Positions 1-8,367 of a stretch of 29,921 bases of DNA are shown one piece after another (within the stretch, counting starts at the first letter, position 1; the number at the start of each line of letters is the position of its first letter). The notes under the pieces are model-generated. The model saw only the letters and a program-made list of their open reading frames with translations, was not told the origin of the DNA and made no database searches. A program made the translations under genes and the position numbers. Source of the DNA: Candidatus Krumholzibacteriia bacterium (lineage in GTDB: Bacteria; Krumholzibacteriota; Krumholzibacteriia; WVZY01); NCBI GenBank assembly GCA_036478295.1, contig JAZGDW010000044.1, positions 1-29,921 of the forward strand, given 5' to 3'.

Positions 1-1
1 C

Positions 2-106
2 GTCATTGGGCTCGTGTTCTGCTCTGCGATTGGGATTATCTTCGGTATATTGCCCGCGATAAGGGCATCGAGACTTCATCCCGTCGATGCGCTGCGCTAC
101 GAATAA
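2..106 (+). CDS. 3' end (partial) of MacB/FtsX-family ABC transporter permease
   Basis: Manual translation VIGLVFCSAIGIIFGILPAIRASRLHPVDALRYE* matches the typical C-terminal motif G..FG..PA.RA..L.PV.ALRYE of MacB-type permeases; runs off the left edge. Confidence 0.85.
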   Translation, partial: VIGLVFCSAIGIIFGILPAIRASRLHPVDALRYE

Positions 107-206
107 CCGCTGTTTCTCTACAGATGCAGGAGACGGTAAGAATCTAGGGAGTCGATCCACGAAATGCGGCCCCGAGCAGTGCCCAACCAGCTTGAAGTTG
201 GTAGAA

Positions 207-1679
207 TTACTTGGAGGCTCCGGACTCTGTGAGCGCAAGGTCAGGTTCCGCCGGTCGCACGTCGTCGATCAGTCGCGTGGTGCTGGATGGGGTCGAAACG
301 TCAAACTGCCCCGCACTGTGCCATGCGTCGATCATGATGAGCAGTACAATAACATGCGTTAGTGCACCGATTATGATGAGAGACGCGAAGGGCTGTCCCA
401 GCAGTGCTCCGACAGCAACCACCAGGACTCGCAGGTCGCGCCGCTTCAACCGGTCGAGAAGATTGTTGGGATACGGTTTCCCGAACCTCAGTGTGTACTC
501 TTTGGTCACATAGCTTGCAAGCGGAAAGCTCAAGATCGCGACCAGCCCGGCGGGCCAGATCCACGGCGCAGAGTACTGCCGGGATGCCGCGAACGTCACG
601 GCAATGCCGATGGCCAGATCCGCGTAACGATCCAGCATTGTGTCCAACCATGCCCCGCGGTGGCTGTGCAAAAGCTTGATACGCGCAATTTCCCCATCGC
701 AACCATCCACAATGGATGCTATTTGAATGAGTAACCCACCGATGACCCACGCCCACACGTTTGTAACAACCAGCGCGCCAGCGCCACAGAGTGCTAGAAG
801 GAATGACAGAACGGAAATCTGGTTAGGTGATACCGACGTTCTTGACAGCATTTTGGACATCCAGCGCGATATCGGACGATTCAAGTACTGCGACACAAAG
901 CCATCTTCCCGGCCCTTCATCAGGGACGCATCGACCAGAGCCTCGGCTTCACGGATGGCGTCAGGCGTGTCCACGTCCACCCAGCGGCTACCGGTAACAT
1001 CGATTGCTCGCACGCCGCGGGGGAGACACTCGCGCACGCCGTCCGTCAGGGAGAAGCGACCTCGCAAGCGCGCATGCGACAGGCCACGGAACAGCTCGGA
1101 CGTGCAGTAGAAAAGACCTGTGTCACCCGCGTCCCACGTCTTGAGACCTTTGCCGATTACAACAACGTGTTCGTCTTCGATGCGGACTTTGGTCAGGTCG
1201 GCTTCGTCGAATATATGGCTTTTGTTATGATCGACTGCCAGGGCGATTCCTCCTGGCGGCGGTGGCTGGGAGAGAAGCTTCAGAACCAGTTCGCGCGATA
1301 ACAGATGGTCAACCATGGTCAAGAGGAACGGCTCGTGACCGACCAGGGACTCGGCGGCCGCAGCCGAGCATCCGTTGCCCAGTTCCCAGTTCTTTGCGAC
1401 GATGAAATCGATCGCGCAGCATCGCCGCTTCGCAACGCTCTCAAAGTGGGCTCGCACGGAGTCCGCGTTGGCGCCGAGCACGACCACAAACCGGACCACG
1501 CCCACCTCTCGAAGCCGGGCGATGGAGCGCTCCGCCAGGGAAAGGCCTCTTACACTGATCAGCGGTTTGGGAATCACGTTCGAGCCGTTCTGCAGCCGGC
1601 ATCCATTGCCAGCCGCCAAAATCACGGCCAGGGGCGCCGAACATTGTTCGTTGCCGCTCTTCTTAAACAACAATCGCAT
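207..1679 (-). CDS. Bifunctional nucleotidyltransferase / CDP-alcohol phosphotransferase (IPCT/DIPPS-like)
   Basis: N-terminal NTP-transferase motifs (LAAGNGCRL, PKPL, GNG.S, MVDH, DTG, WVDVDTPD); C-terminal hydrophobic domain with the CDP-alcohol phosphotransferase signature DGCDGEIAR...GAWLDTMLDRYAD; RBS GGAGGAG upstream. Confidence 0.88.
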   Translation of the reverse strand: MRLLFKKSGNEQCSAPLAVILAAGNGCRLQNGSNVIPKPLISVRGLSLAERSIARLREVGVVRFVVVLGANADSVRAHFESVAKRRCCAIDFIVAKNWELGNGCSAAAAESLVGHEPFLLTMVDHLLSRELVLKLLSQPPPPGGIALAVDHNKSHIFDEADLTKVRIEDEHVVVIGKGLKTWDAGDTGLFYCTSELFRGLSHARLRGRFSLTDGVRECLPRGVRAIDVTGSRWVDVDTPDAIREAEALVDASLMKGREDGFVSQYLNRPISRWMSKMLSRTSVSPNQISVLSFLLALCGAGALVVTNVWAWVIGGLLIQIASIVDGCDGEIARIKLLHSHRGAWLDTMLDRYADLAIGIAVTFAASRQYSAPWIWPAGLVAILSFPLASYVTKEYTLRFGKPYPNNLLDRLKRRDLRVLVVAVGALLGQPFASLIIIGALTHVIVLLIMIDAWHSAGQFDVSTPSSTTRLIDDVRPAEPDLALTESGASK

Positions 1680-2496
1680 TGATAATCTCCTCCACTAAGT
1701 CGGGTGTTGCCGCCGCGATCAAGGTCGTACGGTCCCGTAGCCCGTCGAAAGGCCCCAGCGGTGAGCCGTCGAGCTGCACGACCTGACCTCCCGCCTCGAC
1801 TACCACAAGTGCCGCGGCCAGAAAACTCTCAGGCGTCAGCCGACGTCGAACGTCGACGTGTGCGTCGAGAGCCCCGGTCGCCACGAGACACATGGCTCGT
1901 GACGCGCAGCCATAGGTGCGCACACCAGCGCAGGCATGCAGCGTATCCGCCAGCGCGCGGTCTGGACTCCAGTGATTGAGCTCGAAAGACACCACCGCGT
2001 CGCGGAGCTTTCTAACTCCAGACGTCTCCAGCCGGCGACCACATTGGTGGGCACCGTTGCCGCGCGATGCGAGAATCGGGGTCGATTCTGCGAGGTCGCC
2101 GACCACCGCGTGAACCACGCTTTTCGGCGCGAGCGGGGCACTACGCGGCAAGACCGCAATCGAAAGAGCCGCCAACGGCAGGCCGCGAGCGTAGTTCTCG
2201 GACCCGTCCACTGGATCGACGACGAAACAATGGCCACCGGCGGCGACTCCAAACTCAACGTCGTCGAGTTCCTCGGACAAGACGACTCCGTCCACGCCTC
2301 GCCGGATCAACCAGTCCCGAACCCACTTGTCAATCAAGACGTCGAACCGACGCTGCCGGTCGCCCTTGGCATTGTATCCCGTCACGGCGTTTCCATCACC
2401 GTGCTGCATGATTCCTGCTAGATGTTCTCGATACCCCGCGTACAAAGCGTCCAATAACTCGATGATGTTTTCATCAAGAACCGGGATTTTTCCCAT
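1663..2496 (-). CDS. Inositol monophosphatase / FBPase family protein
   Basis: Motifs SEE, VVDPVDGS, R.YGC, EAGG. Start placed at ATG 2496 behind GAGGTG (ORF track starts at 2514); overlaps the IPCT/DIPPS start by 17 bp. Confidence 0.85.
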   Translation of the reverse strand: MGKIPVLDENIIELLDALYAGYREHLAGIMQHGDGNAVTGYNAKGDRQRRFDVLIDKWVRDWLIRRGVDGVVLSEELDDVEFGVAAGGHCFVVDPVDGSENYARGLPLAALSIAVLPRSAPLAPKSVVHAVVGDLAESTPILASRGNGAHQCGRRLETSGVRKLRDAVVSFELNHWSPDRALADTLHACAGVRTYGCASRAMCLVATGALDAHVDVRRRLTPESFLAAALVVVEAGGQVVQLDGSPLGPFDGLRDRTTLIAAATPDLVEEIINAIVV

Positions 2497-2559
2497 AGTA
2501 TACAAACACCTCACTCCCGTTACTCGTGTCGTCGTATGATCGCTGAGCTGGAAATGCTC

Positions 2560-3822
2560 TCAGAGCTTACTCAATGCCAACAACCTGGAACGATCCCGTA
2601 CGGGGACGCCGGCGACATCGGCAAAATCGCTGAACGCGTCCCTGTCGATGAGTTCGCGGTTGCAGGCTTCGGCCGCGAGCGCGGCCAATCGAGAACAGAG
2701 AGAATCCGTTTCGTACGGTGCGGCTTTCAACACCAATGCTTTCTGTGCACGCCGGCCCGCGTCGGTACCGATCATTCGTTCGAATCTTTCGATCTGTTCA
2801 TCGCTCAGGAGCCGGAGGTTCCGCAAGCGGTGTGCAGTCAGCGCGCGAGTCGAACCGTAGTAGTGAGCGAGTAGGGTCAGATCCGAGAAGTTGATCGGGT
2901 GTCGGCCCTCTCGAGTACGACCGTCGACGCGCAAGTTGTCTCCGCGCTCGCTCCCACGCTCGCCCTCGAAGTAGACGGAAAGAACGGTGCGTCCCGATCG
3001 GCCGAGCGTCTCTTTGCCCAACGTCTCGAGGTACCGCCGCACGCCGTGCTCGGGAAGCAGGAACCCCGCAGCAAACGCGTTCGCCCGCACCTCTTGAAAG
3101 TCCATCTCCGCACCGGTGCCGCAGACGCGCCACGGCAGATGGCGGTCGAACAGGGCGTGGGCCAGGCCGTGTGCGTAGTTGAGACGGCGGCGCCCGACAC
3201 TGGCGTCTTCATCCACGACCACGAGGCACCCGATCTCCGGAGAGTTCGCGAAAATCGAGCTCACGCCCCGGGGAAGTCGTGCTCTCGCCGTGCGGACGCC
3301 CATCGAGGTGACGAGTTCGTCGACGAACCGAATCGGGCTTTCACCGAGAGCGAGGCGCCGCCGCTCGTCTTCTGAGGCGCGGTATCCCTGACGAGCCGCG
3401 TGCCAGGAGGTCTCGGGCCGAGTGTCGGCGTAAATCGGCAAGACGTTCGCAATCGCCTCGAAGCCGAGTGTCGACTCGACGGTGGTCAGCATTCGAGCAA
3501 CGCGGAAAACCTGTTGAAACGAGAGGTGTTTCTCCTCCTCTTCCTGGAGCTCCGGTAGCGCCGCGAACAACTCACGCAAGACAATGTCTCCCCGTTGAGT
3601 CCCGCTGTGATACTCGATCGACAGCAGCTCGCCCGTACTACAGCCGTAGCGGAGCGCCAGCCGGTCGACATCTTTGGCTTTTACCGCACGCTTGCCGTTC
3701 TCCATCTGAGCGACGCTCGACCGTGAGACTCCGAGGGTCGGGGCGATGTCCGCCTGGGTCAGACCCCGGGACTTCCTGGCCTCTCGAAGAACCTGGCCTA
3801 TGTCTCTGGCTCGTTCCGCCAT
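2560..3822 (-). CDS. XRE-family HTH regulator fused to ImmA/IrrE (M78) metallopeptidase-like domain
   Basis: N-terminal HTH (LREARKSRGLTQADIAPTLGVSRSSVAQMENGKR); RRRLNYAHGLAH...QEVRANAFAAGFLLP matches the RRRF..AHE.GH...E..AN.FA...L.P pattern except Glu to Gly; RBS GAGG. Confidence 0.88.
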   Translation of the reverse strand: MAERARDIGQVLREARKSRGLTQADIAPTLGVSRSSVAQMENGKRAVKAKDVDRLALRYGCSTGELLSIEYHSGTQRGDIVLRELFAALPELQEEEEKHLSFQQVFRVARMLTTVESTLGFEAIANVLPIYADTRPETSWHAARQGYRASEDERRRLALGESPIRFVDELVTSMGVRTARARLPRGVSSIFANSPEIGCLVVVDEDASVGRRRLNYAHGLAHALFDRHLPWRVCGTGAEMDFQEVRANAFAAGFLLPEHGVRRYLETLGKETLGRSGRTVLSVYFEGERGSERGDNLRVDGRTREGRHPINFSDLTLLAHYYGSTRALTAHRLRNLRLLSDEQIERFERMIGTDAGRRAQKALVLKAAPYETDSLCSRLAALAAEACNRELIDRDAFSDFADVAGVPVRDRSRLLALSKL

Positions 3823-3863
3823 GGGGACCTCGTTTAAAAACCGCGCTCACCTGACTGCGCTTA

Positions 3864-3892
3864 TTTCTAACACAGGAGAGCACAAAGGTCAA
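3864..3892 (-). promoter_or_regulatory. Putative sigma70-type promoter of the XRE-IMPase-IPCT/DIPPS cluster
   Basis: Minus strand TTGACC-N17-TAGAAA with TG extended -10. Confidence 0.5.
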
Positions 3893-3896
3893 TAAC

Positions 3897-3911
3897 GTTC
3901 GATAATCGAAC
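3897..3911. promoter_or_regulatory. Palindrome, candidate operator
   Basis: GTTCGAT-A-ATCGAAC, perfect 7-bp arms, 4 bp upstream of the putative -35 of the XRE gene. Confidence 0.4.
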
Positions 3912-4158
3912 TTGGGCAGGCGTGTGTTTCCTCGCTAAGCGAACGAGGGGAGAAGGTTATAAATACTACTATAACAATAAGTTAAGACTCATCAGGTTGG
4001 GATGACCGAGTTCGAATTGGGCCCGTTGGGAGAACAGATTCTAACGTGGAGACGCAAAGGGGTTACAGCAGTGTGCCGGGGAGAGCGGGTACGATCCGAC
4101 GGCGACGGGGCCCGGCCCGGCCACCGCACCCCATTTCACCACCCAGGAGACGGTGCGA

Positions 4159-5244
4159 TCAAGGGATACAGTAGACCACCGCATTGATGTTCATGCCGGC
4201 TCCCACCGACGCAAAAACAATCGTCTGCCCGGAAGTCAACCGGTGGTCCTCGAGTTTCCCCTTGAGGAGCAGATCGAGCAGCGTCGGAAGGGTTGCGACG
4301 GAGCTATTGCCGAGCCAGGAAATTGTCATGGGCATCGTCAGGGGGGGCGCGGAGTCGGCTCCAAAAAGCTTATAGACTCTTTCGAGGATGGCCTCGTCCA
4401 TCTTGGCATTTGCCTGGTGAATCAGGACCTTCGATATGTCGCGTAGCGTCAGGTCGGCTTTGGTAATGCATTCCTTGACAACTTGGGGAACGAATCGCAG
4501 CGCATACTCGTACAGCTTGTGACCCTGCATCTTGAGAAACAGATCGGATCCGTCGAAATCGGGGTTGTACGAAGGGCCCATTTGCAGTAGGTGGGCATAC
4601 TTGTAGGTGTCCGATCGCGAGCAGTGAGCCATTATCCCGACGGGTGATTCACGAGTCACCCCTTCGACGACACAGGCGCCTGCCCCGTCCGCGTAAATCA
4701 TGCTATCACGGTCGTGCGGGTCAGACATCCGTGAAAGCGTCTCAGCCCCGATGACCAACGCCCGTTTGGAGTCGCCGGACCTTATGAAGTAGTCTGCCTG
4801 AATAAGAGCCAGCAGCCATCCGGCGCAGCCGAACGGCAGGTCGTAAGCGATGGTACCGGGGTTCTGTATTTCCAGGCGATGTTTCACCCGGGCTGCCAGT
4901 GTGGGAACTAAATTCGATCGGCGGTTATCGGCAGCAACGTCGCCGAAGTTGTGAGCGACGATAACGTAATCAAGACTCTCTTTGTCTAGTTTCGAGGAAG
5001 CGAGGGCGTCCTTTGCCGCGAAAAAGGCCATATCGGATGCTTGCAGATCATCTGCGACGTATCGTCGCGTCTTGATATCGGTGATCGCCTCGAACTTGTC
5101 GATGGTCTCCTGATTACTCCGCTCGATTTTCTGGCCGTCCGAGGTATAGAACTCGTTGCCAAGAAAGTCGGAATTGGCGACGAGCCTTTCGGGGATATAG
5201 CTGCCTGTTCCAACGATTGTGGTCCAAATCGTACGTGCGCTCAT
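4159..5244 (-). CDS. fabH: 3-oxoacyl-ACP synthase III family protein
   Basis: GTGSYIP start, catalytic Cys (PFGCAGW), HQAN and GNSS motifs, C-terminal SVGAG. Confidence 0.88.
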   Translation of the reverse strand: MSARTIWTTIVGTGSYIPERLVANSDFLGNEFYTSDGQKIERSNQETIDKFEAITDIKTRRYVADDLQASDMAFFAAKDALASSKLDKESLDYVIVAHNFGDVAADNRRSNLVPTLAARVKHRLEIQNPGTIAYDLPFGCAGWLLALIQADYFIRSGDSKRALVIGAETLSRMSDPHDRDSMIYADGAGACVVEGVTRESPVGIMAHCSRSDTYKYAHLLQMGPSYNPDFDGSDLFLKMQGHKLYEYALRFVPQVVKECITKADLTLRDISKVLIHQANAKMDEAILERVYKLFGADSAPPLTMPMTISWLGNSSVATLPTLLDLLLKGKLEDHRLTSGQTIVFASVGAGMNINAVVYCIP

Positions 5245-5454
5245 GTCACCACCAAATCCAGGCTAACCTAATAAGCACCAACGTGGTATGGCGTCTAGTC
5301 AATTCGACCGTGTGCATTATATGTCCCTGAGGAAGGCCCTGTCCAGTTCATTTCGGTGGTTGCGCGACCCTGGCGGCATGGGTTTTCCGGAAGTAACAGA
5401 GCCGGGTAGCACGTTCTCCACGTCGACCCACGTCTCGGACAGTGGATATTTTGC

Positions 5455-5482
5455 TTGCATTCCAATGTCTAGCTGTTATGTT
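5455..5482 (+). promoter_or_regulatory. Putative promoter of RRM gene
   Basis: TTGCAT-N16-TATGTT with TG extended -10, about 200 bp upstream of the ATG. Confidence 0.35.
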
Positions 5483-5680
5483 GCAGCGACTCAGAGAATA
5501 GGCCTGCCACGTTCGTTTCCGCACAATCCACGCCTGCTGTTTCGACGGTTCAGAGTACATTCCCGGAGCTTGAAGAGGATGGGCGATTTGACCCTCCCAA
5601 GACGTAACGATCGCGATCGCTGTTGAGCATTCAGGAGCGCTATCGCACGCTAGTAGAGCGTGGAAAAAAGGAGTCATTCC

Positions 5681-5953
5681 ATGTCCAGCAAGAGACTGTA
5701 TGTTGGCAATCTTCCGTTTGATGCAACGACAGAGGCCGTCCGCGCCGCTTTCGAAGCTTACGGAACCGTTCACGATGTCACGCTCGTTACCGACCGTGAC
5801 ACCGGTCGTCCGAGAGGGTTCGGATTCGTCGAGATGGACGCCGAGTCGGCCAACGCCGCGATCGAGAACCTGAACAACAAGGACTTCGGCGGCCGCGACC
5901 TCAACGTCAACGAGGCGCGCGAGCGGAACTCGGGCGGCGGCGGGCGCAGGTAG
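5681..5953 (+). CDS. RRM (RNP-1) RNA-binding protein with Gly-rich tail
   Basis: RNP2 LYVGNL and RNP1 RGFGFVEM; ATG at 5681 follows AAGGAG. Confidence 0.93.
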   Translation: MSSKRLYVGNLPFDATTEAVRAAFEAYGTVHDVTLVTDRDTGRPRGFGFVEMDAESANAAIENLNNKDFGGRDLNVNEARERNSGGGGRR

Positions 5954-5972
5954 CACGTCAAACCGTGTCAGG

Positions 5973-5996
5973 AGGGGGCCTCGCGGCCCCCTTTTT
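5973..5996 (+). terminator. Rho-independent terminator
   Basis: AGGGGGCC-TCGC-GGCCCCCT stem-loop followed by a T run, about 20 bp after the RRM stop. Confidence 0.85.
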
Positions 5997-6060
5997 GTTG
6001 CGGCCGCGATGCCGTTTGCGGCACGGAAACTGCTTGATACGCAATCCGAAAGGACGCAGA

Positions 6061-6267
6061 ATGGCGAAGCGTGGGAAATACGGCGCCGAGAAACGACAGA
6101 AGGAGCTAAAAAAGAGGAAAAAGCGAGAGGAAAAACTCTTGCGGAAACGGCTGAAAAAGCAGGAGACTTCCCAGGGCGAGTCGGAAAACGGTGGAGACGA
6201 GCAGGCGGAGAAGGCTGACGACGTTGTGGAACCGGGCAGCGTGACGAGCGAGGGTGGCAGTCGTTAG
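6061..6267 (+). CDS. Small hypothetical protein, Lys/Arg-rich N-terminus and acidic tail (68 aa)
   Basis: ATG at 6061 behind AAGGA; MAKRGKYGAEKRQKELKKRKKREEK...; coiled-coil-like charge pattern. Confidence 0.65.
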   Translation: MAKRGKYGAEKRQKELKKRKKREEKLLRKRLKKQETSQGESENGGDEQAEKADDVVEPGSVTSEGGSR

Positions 6268-6332
6268 AAGATAATCAGGGGCGGTCGGAAACTTGTGCCC
6301 ACTCACAGGTTCGAGAAAGGAATGACTGCAAA

Positions 6333-7370
6333 GTGACCACTTCCAGAGAATCAAAAGAAGGCCGGCAATCCTGGCGCAGGGTTGTCGCGAAGTATGAGGC
6401 GCCAAGCCTCGCTCGTAGTCTACGGCAAGTCGCAAATACGATCATTCCATACTTTGCGTTACTGTACGTGATGTACCTCACACTCGACGTTTCGTATTGG
6501 ATAACGCTGGGGCTCGCTATCCCTGCGGCGGGGTTTCTGACCAGGAGTTTCATTATTGCCCACGATTGTGGCCACGGTTCGTTCTTCAGATCGATGAAGG
6601 CCAACCGAATGCTGGGATTTTTCACCGCGTTGTTGACCTTCCTGCCCTCGTATTACTGGAGTCGTCAACACGCAAAGCATCATGCCCATGCCGGGGACCT
6701 GGATCAGCGAGGTGATGGCGACGTGTGGACCCTGACCGTGCAGGAGTACCTGGCGCTGCCGCGAGGGAGGAGACTGTGGTATCGGACCTATCGGAACCCG
6801 TTCTTCCTTTTCGGGATCGCGCCGCTATACCTGTTCTTCGTCCATTACCGCTACTGGCGCGCGAAGGACAACACGCGCGCGCGTTGGAGTACGATACGAA
6901 CGAACCTGGCTTTGCTGGCCATTGTGGTCGCGGCGAGCTTGACCATAGGTATCAAGGCATACCTCATGATTCAGCTACCCATCATGATTGTCGCGGGCTC
7001 GGGTGGCGTTTGGCTGTTCTACGTACAACACCAGTTCGAGAACACATATTGGGCGCGCCACGAGGAGTGGAGTTACGTTCGAGAGGCACTCGAAGGGGCA
7101 TCTTTCTACAAGCTGCCGCGCATCCTCCAATGGTTCAGCGGCAACATCGGTTTCCATCACGTTCACCATCTGAGCCCGCGAATCCCAAACTACTACCTGC
7201 AAGAGTGCCACGAGTCCCATCCGATGTTCCAGGAAGTAAAGCACGTCACCCTGTGGTCGAGTCTCAAGTCCCTTGGCTATCGTCTTTGGGATGAGGAACG
7301 CAAGAAGTTGGTAGGATTTAGCTACGTTGACGTTTATCTCGGCAAAAAAGCGATGCTCGCCCGGCCCTGA
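6333..7370 (+). CDS. Membrane fatty acid desaturase
   Basis: Three His boxes HDCGH, HAKHH and HHVHH, plus QH motif and hydrophobic segments; resembles Bacillus Des-type acyl-lipid desaturases. Confidence 0.92.
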   Translation: MTTSRESKEGRQSWRRVVAKYEAPSLARSLRQVANTIIPYFALLYVMYLTLDVSYWITLGLAIPAAGFLTRSFIIAHDCGHGSFFRSMKANRMLGFFTALLTFLPSYYWSRQHAKHHAHAGDLDQRGDGDVWTLTVQEYLALPRGRRLWYRTYRNPFFLFGIAPLYLFFVHYRYWRAKDNTRARWSTIRTNLALLAIVVAASLTIGIKAYLMIQLPIMIVAGSGGVWLFYVQHQFENTYWARHEEWSYVREALEGASFYKLPRILQWFSGNIGFHHVHHLSPRIPNYYLQECHESHPMFQEVKHVTLWSSLKSLGYRLWDEERKKLVGFSYVDVYLGKKAMLARP

Positions 7371-7435
7371 TCAGCGAATGCGGTTGCGGGCCAACATTCC
7401 ACTAGAGAAGAGGATTGCATCCGCCACAAACAAGG

Positions 7436-8083
7436 TTATGGGATAACGTAAAGGAGCACGGCGAAGAAGTGGCAAATGCTCCCGCCGAGGACAAAGACGT
7501 GCCACACCGCATGGTGGAATGGCCGTTTCCAGACGAAAAAGGTAACACCCAGCGTATAAGCAAGACCGCCTGCCAGGAGCAGCACGAGTCCCGCCGGGGC
7601 CAGTTCCCGTAGCAAAGGCCGGGCAGCACCCACAATACCCCACCCCATCACAAGGTAGAGCAGCAGCTGTATGCGACGCACTCGGCCGCGCGAGACTGCT
7701 TCCAGCACGATACCCCCGATGGCAAGCCCCCAGATCACACCAAAGACGCTCCACCCCCAGCCCCCACTCAGCGTTATTAGAGCGAACGGCGTGTAAGTGC
7801 CCGCGATGAGCAGGAAAATGGCGGCGTGATCGAGGATGCCGAAAACCCGTTTGCCACGTCCAGAAGGCAGCGCGTGATACAGCGTTGACGAGGCGTACAG
7901 CACAATCAGCGTGACGCCGTAAACGGTGCAAGAGACCACGTGTATGGCGGAGCCTTTCTGAGCCGCGAAGATGATCATGAATATGAGTGCCGCGATTGCC
8001 AGGAGCAGGCCGGCACCATGAGTCAGACTGTGGGCCAACTCCTCGGCGGCGGAGAAGGTTTCGTCGGGGTTTGTGCCAGCCAT
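7436..8083 (-). CDS. Haemolysin III / PAQR family membrane protein
   Basis: EE.AHSLTH, SSTLYH, LDHAAIFLLIAGTYTP, HAVWH.FVL.GS.CH motifs; start placed at ATG 8083 (ORF track extends to 8227). Confidence 0.9.
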   Translation of the reverse strand: MAGTNPDETFSAAEELAHSLTHGAGLLLAIAALIFMIIFAAQKGSAIHVVSCTVYGVTLIVLYASSTLYHALPSGRGKRVFGILDHAAIFLLIAGTYTPFALITLSGGWGWSVFGVIWGLAIGGIVLEAVSRGRVRRIQLLLYLVMGWGIVGAARPLLRELAPAGLVLLLAGGLAYTLGVTFFVWKRPFHHAVWHVFVLGGSICHFFAVLLYVIP

Positions 8084-8293
8084 GGTGGCATGGTGGCCTA
8101 CCGCGGCCGAATGCACCAGTGACTTTTTGCTTGAGAGGGATGACAAACAGATCCGCCTCCATCTGGCAACACTGACCGGATCCCGGTAAGGTTGAATCGC
8201 ATTGTGGGAACGAATCAATCCTTCCAACAGAACCTAGAATAACGGCTTACACGGACGGTGGTGGGATGGCGCCGATCCACGGCTGGGTATCTC

Positions 8294-8322
8294 TTGACGA
8301 TGGAATGAGAATTGCCTAATAT
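8294..8322 (+). promoter_or_regulatory. sigma70-type promoter of the dtxR-feo operon
   Basis: TTGACG-N17-TAATAT in an AT-rich patch. Confidence 0.65.
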
Positions 8323-8326
8323 TATT

Positions 8327-8342
8327 TATAGATATGTCTAAT
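8327..8342. promoter_or_regulatory. Candidate DtxR/MntR-family operator
   Basis: Near-palindrome TAGATATGTCTA (TAG-N6-CTA) at the predicted transcription start of an operon encoding DtxR-family regulators. Confidence 0.5.
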
Positions 8343-8367
8343 TTCTAATAACACCGAGGTTAAGAGT

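Noticed and set aside
3955..3990. AT-rich patch TTATAAATACTACTATAACAATAAGTTAAG as a possible mobile-element boundary
   Set aside because: No partner repeat, tRNA or integrase is in the window, and it cannot be distinguished from promoter-associated AT richness.
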